A stretch of 64,000 nt of DNA. Origin: Candidatus Buchananbacteria bacterium. Its GTDB lineage: Bacteria; Patescibacteriota; Patescibacteriia; 2-01-FULL-39-33. Positions 1 through 10,041 of this stretch are shown here, in pieces. The notes beneath the pieces were generated by a model, which saw nothing but the letters and a program-made list of their open reading frames with translations, had not been told where the DNA came from and ran no database searches. The translations under genes were made by a program, and so were the position numbers. The DNA is taken from assembly GCA_041665065.1 (NCBI GenBank), contig JBAYJM010000002.1, positions 19,796 through 83,795 on the forward strand, read 5' to 3'. The number at the start of each line of letters is the position of its first letter. The stretch's first letter is position 1.

Positions 1-536
1 TTCTTGCCTTTTTCATCCCATATAAAAGATCCTTCAGCTCTAGACATCCTAAAAAAGTTATATTTCTTGAGATTTCTGTATACAATACTGTTTTCAATCA
101 TACAATTAAATGGATATTATTTACTTTAATTTTACAAATAAAGTACATTTTATTCAATAGTCACCACTCCTTCTGTAATTCTAATCCTCGACTTAAAGCA
201 ACTCATTAATTCTCTTTTTCTTGATTACTCCCCTAATACAAAACATGCCTAATATAAGTTCTTAAATTCACTTCTTTTTGTTTTTCCATAAAGTGACGCA
301 TTGTGTGTCACTTTTATTATTTTTTTAATTTTTTATTTAAATATTGCCAAAATATTTTAAAATGATTAATAAAATTTTGCGTCCAATAATAAAAAATTTA
401 ATAATGATAGGAAAGAAATAAATAATAACCAAACAATATGCCATCAGCGAAAGGTAGTGCTGGCCTTACATTAAAAAAACCTGTAAAAATAAGAAAAGGC
501 AAAACCAAAAAAAGAAAAACAATAAAAACTAATTAG

Positions 537-1259
537 TTATTTGGCCCTGCTCCAAATAGCTTCAAACAAACAAGACAATGATTCCTTGATTGATTTATTT
601 TCTATGACAATACAAAGAGTTTCTCTTGGCAGAATCAACACACTCTTATTGGCATAAAGATAACAGGTGATATTAAAATTATTTAATAATTTAGTATAAC
701 GTATTTCTATAGGATGATCTTTTAATATAAAGTTTGATTTCTGAGTTAGGGGCAAAATGGTGCGGGAATAAATATTAAGCTGTTTTTTTCTAGACAGCAA
801 GGATTTCCAAAAATCAAAACCTAATTTCATTTCACTTTCCAAATCGCCTTCCATAATTAAAAGCTCGTTATTTGCATTATCAAGCTTTATTATGTCTTCG
901 ATAGTTAACTTTAAGCCATTAACAGTATCATAAACTTGAATACGGTTGCCAATTTTTTGCTTATCAAAGAATTGTCCCAGCTGAGGCATTACTGCCTCTA
1001 AAAAAGTCTTCTTCTCAATTATTTTTTCCAGTATTGTCTGTGGGTTTTTAGCAAAATATAATTTGCGCTTACCTTTAATATTTACACCAACCAAACCATT
1101 TTCTACCAATTTAGCAAGCAAATAAATAACTGTCGTCCTGTTTATAGCAGAATATTTAGAGACATCTTTAGCATGAAGAAGGCCATGCTCAAGCAGCGTC
1201 AGATAAATATTGGAATCTTTTTCTGGTAATCCCAATTTATTAACATAATTTTTTAACAT
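537..1259 (-). CDS. TrmB-like HTH transcriptional regulator
   Basis: N-terminal winged-HTH resembling the TrmB family (YLTLLEHG...AKDVSKYSAINRTTVIYLLAKLVENGLV). Divergent from the radical SAM gene. Paralog of 3512..4282. Confidence 0.5.
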   Translation of the reverse strand: MLKNYVNKLGLPEKDSNIYLTLLEHGLLHAKDVSKYSAINRTTVIYLLAKLVENGLVGVNIKGKRKLYFAKNPQTILEKIIEKKTFLEAVMPQLGQFFDKQKIGNRIQVYDTVNGLKLTIEDIIKLDNANNELLIMEGDLESEMKLGFDFWKSLLSRKKQLNIYSRTILPLTQKSNFILKDHPIEIRYTKLLNNFNITCYLYANKSVLILPRETLCIVIENKSIKESLSCLFEAIWSRAK

Positions 1260-1301
1260 AAGTCAAAAATATTACACTTAAACTAAAGTATTTATATAAA
1301 T

Positions 1302-1330
1302 TTACATATTTATTATATATAAATATGTAA
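1302..1330. promoter_or_regulatory. Perfect 11-bp inverted repeat (TTACATATTTA-7 nt-TAAATATGTAA) in the divergent intergenic region; candidate operator
   Basis: Seen directly in the sequence, centred between the TrmB-like gene and the radical SAM gene. Confidence 0.4.
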
Positions 1331-1388
1331 AATATACCAATAAATTACATTTTACTCTTAAACCATAATTGTCGCAACCTTTAACAAA

Positions 1389-2312
1389 ATGCCAAATACA
1401 ATAAAAAAACCTCACATACTCTTAATAGCGATTAACGATAAGTGTAATTATAAATGTTTGCATTGCGATTGCTCGCCCCAGCATATATCTGGAAACAAAA
1501 AATTTTCAAAAAAACAATGGATTAAATTAATTAATGACTTTGCTGATTATGGTGGTAAAATTATTTCAATTATATATAAGGAACCATTACTAACAATTCA
1601 ATCACGAAAAAAAGTCGCAGCAATAATCATGACAGCCAAGAAAAAAGGATTACGGTGCGGATTTATAAATAATGGAAGTAAATTCAAAAATTTCATTCAA
1701 GAATGGCCGAATTTAAAAATCGATTTTGTTGATTTTTCAATTGAGGGGCTTAAAATAAATCAAGAACAAATCAGGATTAATTCTAGCTTTAAAAGCGTCG
1801 AGGAATCTATTTGTTTAGCAAATAAAAACAAAAATGTTAAGCAAATAAATCTTATTTTTACTATAAACAAATTAAATTACTCAGAAATAAAGCAATTTGT
1901 AAATTACTTTGCCAGACTTAATAAAATTAATTATATTTTTGATACTTGGATACCATACAAAAATAGTCCACCAAACTTTGGGATTAGCAAAGAAGTATAT
2001 TTGAAAAACATTTTTCCTGTTCTATCGAGTTTAGGAAAAAAATATCCCAATCGTATAATTCTGGACTTTTTTTCTAGCTCATTTAGAAACAATGGCCTCT
2101 TTAAAAACATCCAAAAGAATGGGAAGAAAATCAAATTAAATACCCGAGACTATTTAATTAAATATAAAAATTTTTTTATTCGCTATGAAAATCCCCTGCT
2201 TCTTTTTCAAGAAGCAATAATTATTTCCCCCCAAGGAAAAATAATCAGAAGAGAAGCTTTGAATAAATTTAATTATCTACAAGATAATTTTGGTTATTTC
2301 AAAAACAAATAA
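1389..2312 (+). CDS. Radical SAM domain protein
   Basis: CxxxCxxC cluster near the N-terminus (CNYKCLHCDC). A hairpin follows at about 2357-2372. Confidence 0.65.
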   Translation: MPNTIKKPHILLIAINDKCNYKCLHCDCSPQHISGNKKFSKKQWIKLINDFADYGGKIISIIYKEPLLTIQSRKKVAAIIMTAKKKGLRCGFINNGSKFKNFIQEWPNLKIDFVDFSIEGLKINQEQIRINSSFKSVEESICLANKNKNVKQINLIFTINKLNYSEIKQFVNYFARLNKINYIFDTWIPYKNSPPNFGISKEVYLKNIFPVLSSLGKKYPNRIILDFFSSSFRNNGLFKNIQKNGKKIKLNTRDYLIKYKNFFIRYENPLLLFQEAIIISPQGKIIRREALNKFNYLQDNFGYFKNK

Positions 2313-2538
2313 GCAAGATTAGCCACTGAAAGATTTTTCAGTCCATAAATATCAACTTTCCAAAAGCCATAAATCGCCACTTAAATAATAGTTTTCTACC
2401 AACAATTTGCCGACAAAGGAAAACTCTGTTAAAATTCAGACATTGGAATATTACTCTTGTCCTGCCCTTGGGACGCCAAAAAGAGTCCAAACTAACTGAA
2501 AAACAAGGGCCCCAAATTATCCAAAAAATAAAGGCCGA

Positions 2539-2763
2539 TTGGATAATATAACTCAATTTTTTATCACACTTCTTATGGATCAAAACAAAGACGACAAACT
2601 TAGTCTAACCGCGGATGAAAGATATTGGTTAGAACGAAGACCTCGAAGATGGAAATGGGATGAGTGGGGCTCTCCAATTGGATTAAGCCTTGGCTGGGCA
2701 ATATTTATTGTCTCAACGGGTTTATTTCTCTATCTTCTGCGATTGACAGGACTCCTGGGCTAA
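2539..2763 (+). CDS. Small membrane protein (hypothetical)
   Basis: 74 aa with a C-terminal TM helix, followed by an intrinsic terminator. Confidence 0.3.
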   Translation: MDNITQFFITLLMDQNKDDKLSLTADERYWLERRPRRWKWDEWGSPIGLSLGWAIFIVSTGLFLYLLRLTGLLG

Positions 2764-2772
2764 TGAATCATA

Positions 2773-2806
2773 AAATCGGCTTTTACAAAAGCCGATTTTA
2801 GTTTTT
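2773..2806 (+). terminator. Rho-independent terminator
   Basis: AATCGGCTTTT...AAAAGCCGATT stem followed by a T-run. Confidence 0.6.
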
Positions 2807-2852
2807 AAATTTCAAAATTAATACAAAGGGGCTGATTTAATTTAATTTTTAT

Positions 2853-3416
2853 ATGAAAATTCTAATTATTGATAATGGTACAAAACATTTGGCTAAGCTA
2901 AAAAAATTGCTTGTCGATTTACCGTTCAAGGTTGTAAATTATTCTGAGATTGATGTTGCTCATGCTAAAAATTTTGACGTCATTATTCTTTCTGGAGGCC
3001 ATAATTTTCCTGTTTGTGGAAATGAAGGGTTGCTAAAAAAAGAAATTAATTTGATAAAAACATCAAAAGCCAAAATTTTTGGAATTTGTTTTGGATTTGA
3101 ATTAATAGCTTACGCGTTTGGCGCAAAATTAAAACCTCTAAAAAATAAGGAGCACGGAATTATTGACATTAAAATAGTGAAACCCGATGAAATATTTTCA
3201 GAGATAGATAATTTTCAAGTATATGAAGGCCATCGCTGGGTTATTAAAAAAGCAGATGGCGACTTAACGGCTCTTGCCAAATCAAAAGATGGGATTGAGG
3301 CCATAAAACACAAAAAACGACCAATTTATGCAGTACAGTTTCATCCTGAAATGTTTGTCAATAAAACCTGTGGAGATGAGATTTTTCATAATTTTTTAAA
3401 ATTGATGAAAAATTAA
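2853..3416 (+). CDS. Class I glutamine amidotransferase-like protein
   Basis: Nucleophile elbow GICFGFE (Cys) and a C-terminal FHPE His-Glu pair, typical of GATase1 (PabA/TrpG/GuaA N-terminal type). Confidence 0.6.
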   Translation: MKILIIDNGTKHLAKLKKLLVDLPFKVVNYSEIDVAHAKNFDVIILSGGHNFPVCGNEGLLKKEINLIKTSKAKIFGICFGFELIAYAFGAKLKPLKNKEHGIIDIKIVKPDEIFSEIDNFQVYEGHRWVIKKADGDLTALAKSKDGIEAIKHKKRPIYAVQFHPEMFVNKTCGDEIFHNFLKLMKN

Positions 3417-3511
3417 TTTTTTGAATCAAATATATAACTTTAGTACAATATACCAATATTATTAATTGCCACTCTTCAAAAGGCCCCTTGTAATTGCCAA
3501 ATAATTGATGT

Positions 3512-4282
3512 CTACGGTAATGGCAATTTGCTATATAGCTGCTGAAAAATGACTTTTTGAAAATTTGCCAACATCTTATTTTCGATAATCAGCACTCTTT
3601 CGGTATTTAAATCAATAAATGATATCCTGTCGCCATACACCAATTGAATAATATTTTGATCAAACAGATAAGATTCAGGCGAGATAAATTTGACGAACCG
3701 CTCAAGGCGCGGTTTTTTTCTTTTGCCGGAAATAGGATTACTTATCACCATCCTTTCCAACTTTTTCCGGTCACGCAGGGCTCTGTAATTTTTGGAAAGG
3801 TAGCGATTGACAGCATCAAGATCCTTTTCCGAGGTATAACGATAAAAAGTAGAACCGTGCGGACAATGTTTAATAACATCATCAAATGCAGCCCGAATTC
3901 CCTCAAACCCGTTTAAAAAACGGATTTCTCTTTGCAGATATTTATCATCGGCAATTGATTTGGCCGCTATCGCCGCTGATACGTTATCTGATGTTTCAGA
4001 AAATTCTGCAGCAATTAATGTTGGGTTGGCTGCGTGATAAAATTTGCGCTGGCCCTTTATTTCTATAAAAATAAATGAGTGCTTTATAAGAGCGCTGAGA
4101 GCACGGTAAACAGCCGGCCGGTGCAGATCCACCCGTTTGCAAATATCTGTAGCCGACATCGCCCCTTGGCGTTGCAGAATTTGATATACGATATCGGCGT
4201 GCTTTGGCAAATCAAGACGCTTGAATATTTCTTTTATCCTCATATTATTTATAATTGTACTTTTTTTGATACATTTAGTCAA
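3512..4282 (-). CDS. TrmB-like HTH transcriptional regulator (paralog)
   Basis: HTH ATDICKRVDLHRPAVYRALSALIKHSFI. A 12-bp palindrome TTTCTGCAGAAA (4296-4307) lies in its divergent upstream region. Confidence 0.5.
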   Translation of the reverse strand: MTKCIKKSTIINNMRIKEIFKRLDLPKHADIVYQILQRQGAMSATDICKRVDLHRPAVYRALSALIKHSFIFIEIKGQRKFYHAANPTLIAAEFSETSDNVSAAIAAKSIADDKYLQREIRFLNGFEGIRAAFDDVIKHCPHGSTFYRYTSEKDLDAVNRYLSKNYRALRDRKKLERMVISNPISGKRKKPRLERFVKFISPESYLFDQNIIQLVYGDRISFIDLNTERVLIIENKMLANFQKVIFQQLYSKLPLP

Positions 4283-4369
4283 GATTTTCTGCAGAAATTA
4301 CAAAATCAAGATAGACTATCAATGTAGTCAGTTCATTGAAAAATCAACTCAGAAAGAAAGGGGGCCAGC

Positions 4370-4681
4370 ATGGATAAGAAAGTCGCTCCAATCAAGCCTA
4401 GTGATGTTGCAAAACAAAAACAGGCGAGCTTTCCGAACGAAGTGCTGGAAGCGTTCAACCAGCTAATCGCGGAAAAATTCAACAACGGTTACGCAACCAT
4501 TCGCCAGGATGACGTGGTTGCAATACTGGTGGCAAAAGGTCTAAATAGACCAGAAATATTTAAGAAAGGATGGTTGGATGTAGAGGGCATATACAGAAAG
4601 GCTGGATGGAAAGTGGCCTACGACAAACCCGCCTACAACGAATCCTATCCCGCAACCTTTACTTTCTCAAAAAGGAGTTGA
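4370..4681 (+). CDS. Hypothetical protein (GC-elevated gene)
   Basis: 103-aa ORF with a G-rich RBS (AAAGGGGG) and its own terminator. About 50% GC against about 30% in the flanks. Confidence 0.4.
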   Translation: MDKKVAPIKPSDVAKQKQASFPNEVLEAFNQLIAEKFNNGYATIRQDDVVAILVAKGLNRPEIFKKGWLDVEGIYRKAGWKVAYDKPAYNESYPATFTFSKRS

Positions 4682-4710
4682 TCTTAGTTTGTACGTTCGT
4701 CTGTCGATTC

Positions 4711-4741
4711 AGCCGCTCGGAGAATATCCAAGCGGCTTTTC
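4711..4741 (+). terminator. Rho-independent terminator
   Basis: AGCCGCT-loop-AGCGGCT followed by TTTTC. Confidence 0.55.
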
Positions 4742-4918
4742 AACCATCATGCTATCATGCTAAATTTGATAACTTAAATAGACTCTAACAAATCCGTAAT
4801 TCTAAAAAACACCCACGGAAGGTCGTTTTATTTATTTTTATCTTCCCTAGCCCCCATTATTATCGCTCCCACCACCAAAAGAATAATGACTATAATTCCA
4901 ATTGCTATCATAATATTT

Positions 4919-5607
4919 TTAATTTAAAACCTTATACTTTAAGTTAATATAAGATGATTTTAATTTTTTAACACTAACAAGCTTTAACGCCCTTACCTTA
5001 TTAATTTCTTTGACTGATTTCAGCGACTCGCCATCAATTAACGTGCTAGTATCTTTTCCTCCAATTAACAACGGTGCTATAACAATTGAAATCTTATCAA
5101 TTAATCCTTCGCGCAAAAATTCAGAATTCAAGGTTCCTCCTGATTGTATAGTCATTCTTTTAACGCTATGCTTTTCCTTTAAGTCCTTAAATAATTTTTT
5201 AAAATCCACCTTATCTTTGAAATAAATTATTTCTAAATTCTTTTCATCCTTTCTGGCAAATGCTGGATGATTTTTATTTGTAGTAACCAAGAAAAACTTA
5301 GCGCTTTTTTGATCATATTATCAATCCCCTTTGCATTTAGATGCGGTTTATTATCAATAATAACAAATTTAACAACTGTCTTAGAAACATTTTTCCATTT
5401 GTTTACTCCCACCTTTGCAAATGTCCTGCCACTATTTAAAGAATAAAAATCTGTCAGCTTTTCAAGTTGATAATATTGCGACAATCCTTCTTTTACTCCT
5501 TTAATTTTTGGAAAATCCTTATCAGCATCCAAGCTGTCATTATCGCCTAATGATATTTTTCCATCAACCGACATTAACATAAATAAGGTAGAAATTGGTT
5601 TTTGCAT
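4919..5607 (-). pseudogene. Frameshifted dihydrofolate-reductase-family / RibD C-terminal domain reductase
   Basis: Two overlapping ORFs (5233..5607 and 4919..5290) carry the N-terminal (LFMLMSVDGKIS) and C-terminal (GGTLNSEFLREGLIDKISIVIAPLLIGG) halves of one RibD_C-type protein in different frames. Confidence 0.5.
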
Positions 5608-5752
5608 AGTATTATTGGTTGTTTATAGATGCATTATACCATTAAATTTAGCATATAATAATACCCGCATTTTTTAAGGGGACACAATAACAACTTCCCA
5701 GGGCATCTCCTAAAAATCGCCTAGCTGGCGATTTTTTGATATTATAATATAT

Positions 5753-6583
5753 ATGAATAAAAAACTTCCCCAAAATCATACCGGACTAGAGATGTATTTT
5801 TTGCCAAAAATTGCCAAGAAATACGCCGAACTGGAACAAAATGATAAAAATTTTCGGTTAGCTGAGATTGTTGACCGAACGATTATGCAAGAAATTAACG
5901 GATTGCCTGACCCGATTTATGCCGCCGAATTGGGCGGTGGCGCTCATCCCGACAGATACCATAAATTTTTCAAAAAATTGCTCACACAGCCGAAAGGCCA
6001 TATTGATTGGGTGGATATTGCACCTCAAATGCTTAAGTTGGCAAAACAATACATTTCTAATGAAAAATATAAAAATAGAGAAGAGGTCATATCATTTATT
6101 GAAAGCGAAATGTTAGGATATTTAAAGAGTCTTAAAAATGAAAGGCTTGATCTGGCGATAATGAAATACACTTTTGATTTTATAAAAAATCTTGACAAAC
6201 TATTTAAGCTACTCGCCAAAAAATTAAAAAAGGGCGGTAAATTAATTGCCACAATCGGTAACCTAAGTCCGGAGCTAAAAAGCTATTCCACAAATGCACG
6301 ATTTTTATATAATGGAAAACAATTTCCGGACAATGAGACCCGGACACTAAAAGATGGCGATAATTTTACAATCAAATTTTTCAAAGTATCAGGAGACCCA
6401 AATTCCGGCTACATTGAAGGGGCTGAAACTGTAAAATTTTTCTACTCTGCTAAAAAAATCAAAAGACTCAGTAAATTTTATAATTTTGATATTTTTCTTG
6501 GAGACTGGAAAGAATTTGTTAAGAGCGATGCACAAGACAAAGAGTCTATGGATCAAGGTATTCTTGTCTTAACTAAAAAATAA
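5753..6583 (+). CDS. Class I SAM-dependent methyltransferase-like protein
   Basis: Gly-rich motif I-like AAELGGGAHPD and a post-I acidic motif WVDIAP. Confidence 0.4.
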   Translation: MNKKLPQNHTGLEMYFLPKIAKKYAELEQNDKNFRLAEIVDRTIMQEINGLPDPIYAAELGGGAHPDRYHKFFKKLLTQPKGHIDWVDIAPQMLKLAKQYISNEKYKNREEVISFIESEMLGYLKSLKNERLDLAIMKYTFDFIKNLDKLFKLLAKKLKKGGKLIATIGNLSPELKSYSTNARFLYNGKQFPDNETRTLKDGDNFTIKFFKVSGDPNSGYIEGAETVKFFYSAKKIKRLSKFYNFDIFLGDWKEFVKSDAQDKESMDQGILVLTKK

Positions 6584-6760
6584 TCAACTTGTGGTTTATT
6601 GATAGAATTAAGGCATGGTTAAAAAAGATTTGATAAAAAGCGGCATAAGTTTTTTACCGACGGCAACGCCTATATTACTAAGTTAAAATAATAATTTTTG
6701 TAAATAAAAAAATGGCCCGTAAGGTGGAACCGTACCTGTCTGAATTGCCTCGCTGAGCAA

Positions 6761-7003
6761 TCAGACTGTTGGGATCTGCTGGCACCATTTGTAGGCCATG
6801 ACCACGGCCGTTACTAATGCCACGGCCGCGAAGGCATAGCCGAAGCTGAGTGCAGGCGCACACACACAGTAGCCCAGAACCAAGAAGGCTACAGATGCAA
6901 CCGCCGCAACAATAATGGTGCTAAAGCTCCACCTATTTCCGACGATTATGTTGGCCAAAATGACCACCGCAACAGCGATGGCAACTAATGAGTCTATACT
7001 CAA
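6761..7003 (-). CDS. Small 2-TM membrane protein (GC-rich)
   Basis: 80 aa with two hydrophobic helices. Lies in the GC-rich block with the adjacent PLP enzyme gene. Confidence 0.35.
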   Translation of the reverse strand: MSIDSLVAIAVAVVILANIIVGNRWSFSTIIVAAVASVAFLVLGYCVCAPALSFGYAFAAVALVTAVVMAYKWCQQIPTV

Positions 7004-7027
7004 TTATCTTCTCCCGCCGTCTCTACC

Positions 7028-8308
7028 CTAAAGATTCCCCAAGACATCCCTGGTTATTTTCACAAACCGTCTCACATCCGCCATGCCATTAGCATAGCCA
7101 AATGAGGCACGGATTGCTCCAGGTTGACCCATCAACTGCATTATCTCTTCGTGCGACAGACCTCCTTTCCGATATAGCCGCTTATATTCGTCCGGATCAT
7201 AACCAAAAATCTGTTCGCCTACGCCTGGGTTACAGAAACACCCCGAGCGAACGTAAAGCCCTTGCTCATTGGCCAGCCTTTCGAACGTTGAGGAGTCAAG
7301 GAACTCGCCCCTCCGCCGTACACTGAAAGCAACAATATCCGTGCCACGGGGACTGTGTATCACTATGGAGCTTCCGTTGTACCCCATAGTACTTAACTCG
7401 TCGTAGAGAGCAGTCGCCAAAGAGACGGCGTGTCCCTTAGCATCGCCAAGACTCTCCATAAAACCAAGCCCCGCCTTAACCGCGGGTATCATGCCGAAGT
7501 CGACCGTTCCATCCTCGAATTTGGCAGAGCCAGATTCATGAACGAAAAAGTCGTTCCCCACGCCCACAAACCGTATCGACCCGCCGGCAAACCATTTCTT
7601 CTCCAGCCGTGGATAAGCCTCTTTGCGGATCAACAGACATCCCACTCCGGTTGGAAATCCAAACATCTTGTAAAACGAGATCGGCAGGAAATCAGGCTTA
7701 ACCACGCTAAGGTCAAGCCGTTGGTTTGAGCAGTACGATGCGGCGTCCAAAAGGACGCTCCATCCATTTGCCTGAGCCAAAGACACCCAACCGAGATTGT
7801 GCTGGATCCCGGTAAAGTTGGACTTGGCCGGATAGGCAAATAGCCTCGGGCCAGTCAGCTTGGCAGCCAACATTCGCCTAAGACTTTTCTCATTTACCGT
7901 GAGATCCTCATTTAGGGGTACATATTGCGTAGATGCCCCGCTATATCTTGCAACCTCACGTACGCCATTGACCGAATTATGGTTATCGGCCGTTGCCAGG
8001 AAATGTCCTCCCATAAAGTCAAAATGCCTAAGAACCCCAATCGCGCCTGTTGCATTGGGCGTAAATACCACACCATATTCGTCGGGCGAAGCATTGAAAT
8101 ATGCGAGCACAGCTGCCCGTGTTTCCATAATCTCCGCCGTCGCCCTAGCTGAGAGCTCATGCAAAGAGTGTGGATTACCCAAAGAAGTGCACTTCAAATA
8201 TTGACAATGCACATCAATGAGAAATGCGGGAGGTAATGCGGCTCCTGTCCAATCCGCATAAATCTCCCTTGGGAGTATCTGCGGAAACTGCCCTTTTAAG
8301 CTCCTCAA
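7028..8308 (-). CDS. Class V aminotransferase-fold PLP-dependent enzyme (MOCOS/SufS-like)
   Basis: LLDAASY...FYKMFGFPTGVGCLLIR (PLP Lys region) and C-terminal RSGCFCNPG, typical of the cysteine-desulfurase-like fold. The start appears to be TTG with a GGAGGG RBS. About 55-58% GC. Confidence 0.6.
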   Translation of the reverse strand: MRSLKGQFPQILPREIYADWTGAALPPAFLIDVHCQYLKCTSLGNPHSLHELSARATAEIMETRAAVLAYFNASPDEYGVVFTPNATGAIGVLRHFDFMGGHFLATADNHNSVNGVREVARYSGASTQYVPLNEDLTVNEKSLRRMLAAKLTGPRLFAYPAKSNFTGIQHNLGWVSLAQANGWSVLLDAASYCSNQRLDLSVVKPDFLPISFYKMFGFPTGVGCLLIRKEAYPRLEKKWFAGGSIRFVGVGNDFFVHESGSAKFEDGTVDFGMIPAVKAGLGFMESLGDAKGHAVSLATALYDELSTMGYNGSSIVIHSPRGTDIVAFSVRRRGEFLDSSTFERLANEQGLYVRSGCFCNPGVGEQIFGYDPDEYKRLYRKGGLSHEEIMQLMGQPGAIRASFGYANGMADVRRFVKITRDVLGNL

Positions 8309-8634
8309 GTCTCAATCCCTCCAGCACCAAACTAAATTGTCAAAGAAATCCGCAATCCCATCAGAGATTGCGGCCATACTTCTATACAAGAAGATATAAA
8401 ATAATAGCATATTTGTAAGATTGTGTCAATATAGCGATTATTGACTAACTCACCGTTTTGTGGTAAGCTTAACTTGCCTCTTATTTATTGCGGTTTTCCC
8501 AAGCTGTCTTATATAAGGGTTCTGTGGGGCGTTGATTTATCAACGGGGGCCACGGAGTGTAGTAAGTATAGAAATATAGTCGAATTTCTGTTTGCTATTC
8601 GAAGAGTTTAATTCACTTTATTTCTACAATTATT

Positions 8635-8835
8635 ATGCAAGGAACTATCAAAAAATTGGTTACTGATAAATACTTCGGTTTTATCAGCCAAGAAGGCAGC
8701 GATAAGGACGTGTTCTTCCACAAAGACAAGCTTGAAGGAGTTACTTTTGAAGAACTTAAAGAAGGCGATATTTTATCTTTTGAAGTTGAACAAGGCCAAA
8801 GAGGTCCATCAGCTATCAACATAAAAAGAGTCTAA
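8635..8835 (+). CDS. cspA: Cold-shock domain protein
   Basis: KYFGFISQEG...DVFFH...SFEVEQGQRGPSAINI matches the CspA RNP motifs. Long 5' UTR. Confidence 0.85.
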   Translation: MQGTIKKLVTDKYFGFISQEGSDKDVFFHKDKLEGVTFEELKEGDILSFEVEQGQRGPSAINIKRV

Positions 8836-8861
8836 CTTTATCTAAAGTCTTTTCAAAAAAA

Positions 8862-8887
8862 ATCGCCGAACCGGCGATTTTTTTTGA
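8862..8887 (+). terminator. Rho-independent terminator
   Basis: ATCGCCG-AACC-CGGCGAT followed by a T8 run. Confidence 0.7.
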
Positions 8888-8931
8888 AGCTTAGCACCGA
8901 CTGAATCAAGGCTCTTAACAAAAAAATATTA

Positions 8932-9102
8932 TGAAAAGAAAAAAATTTGTGACAGGCCAATCAAGATATTGCCAAAACTGCGGCGCAGAATCAATCAAGC
9001 TATATAAGGTTACACCGGAAAGCCAAAAATCTTCTCACCTGCAGTATTGCCAAAAATGTTATGATAAACATAATGCTAAAATAGCAGTGCCTACGAATTA
9101 AA
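8932..9102 (+). CDS. Small zinc-ribbon protein (CxxC...CxxC)
   Basis: 56-aa ORF MKRKKFVTGQSRYCQNCGAE...YCQKCYDK, below the ORF-track cutoff. Confidence 0.3.
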
Positions 9103-9247
9103 AATGAACTGCAAAAAAATACCCAACTCAGTTGGGGTATTTTTTTTTGGCCCTTTTTTAATAAGATAAATTTTAAAGTATATTAAACAACCATTTGCAC
9201 ATAAAGATTTTTTTATATATATTTAATTAATAATCTTAAAACTATCT

Positions 9248-9583
9248 ATGAGCTTTGAAGTAACACATATTCACTTTGCTGTTGATCTAAAAGAGCATTA
9301 TCAAATCAAAGACATTAAATCTTATATCCTGGGTTCCATTTATCCCGATAGTCGGTATATAACAAAAGTTGACCGAGAACTAGCCCATAGCAAAGAATCA
9401 CTGTCAGACAGTTTTATTGACTCTGATTTTAAAAAAGGCTGGCAAGCGCATTGCGTCTGTGATTCTATATACGACCGATTGGAAACAGAACTATTTGGTG
9501 AATTTGATGATGCAATTCTTCGCAACGCGATAAAAATTGTAGCCGATATCTATGACAGGCAAAGCTTCAATGTTCAGAAATAA
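9248..9583 (+). CDS. Hypothetical protein, N-terminal portion of an ORF interrupted by an in-frame TAA
   Basis: The same frame stays open for another 89 codons to 9852 (see findings). Confidence 0.4.
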   Translation: MSFEVTHIHFAVDLKEHYQIKDIKSYILGSIYPDSRYITKVDRELAHSKESLSDSFIDSDFKKGWQAHCVCDSIYDRLETELFGEFDDAILRNAIKIVADIYDRQSFNVQK

Positions 9584-9907
9584 CTTCCCTATCTTAACTC
9601 AGCACAAAATCCCCTCGGCGAAGATATTAATAAAGTTAAAGAATTCAATCTGCTGATAAAAAGAATATATGATAGCAAAACAGTTTGTACCATGGATGAT
9701 TATAGAGATCTCTTTAAGGGACTGGGAATAGATGACATTAACGGCGAAAAAATTATAACAAAAGCCGAAGAGCTTTTGGCGAATAAAGAAGTGGCACCAA
9801 AATTTGAATCTTTGTATAGCCGCATCATAGACAGTTGGAAAAATTTCATTTAAAAATCCATCACCCTATTATACTCAGATAATAAATCCAATATTTACAA
9901 CAATAAA

Positions 9908-9932
9908 AACATCCGCCGAGGCGGATGTTTTT
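9908..9932 (+). terminator. Rho-independent terminator
   Basis: ACATCCGCC-GAG-GGCGGATGT followed by TTTTT. Confidence 0.65.
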
Positions 9933-10041
9933 ATGTAAGTCAAACAAACCTTTTATCCAATTTGACTTGAAATTTAAATGATTTTCCATTATAATTTGGA
10001 AAGGTGATTTTCAAACGGAAGCCACAACAACGGGGGGCAGT

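Noticed and set aside
2338-2583. 81-aa ORF on the minus strand between the radical SAM gene and the small membrane protein.
   Set aside because: No motifs or expression signals were found. It overlaps the start of the plus-strand small membrane protein gene, which does have a terminator. It is likely spurious.
4828-4910. 27-aa hydrophobic mini-ORF (MIAIGIIVIILLVVGAIIMGAREDKNK) on the minus strand, resembling a type I toxin.
   Set aside because: It has no RBS, no convincing promoter, and no antitoxin-RNA arrangement. In AT-rich DNA such short hydrophobic ORFs are common by chance.
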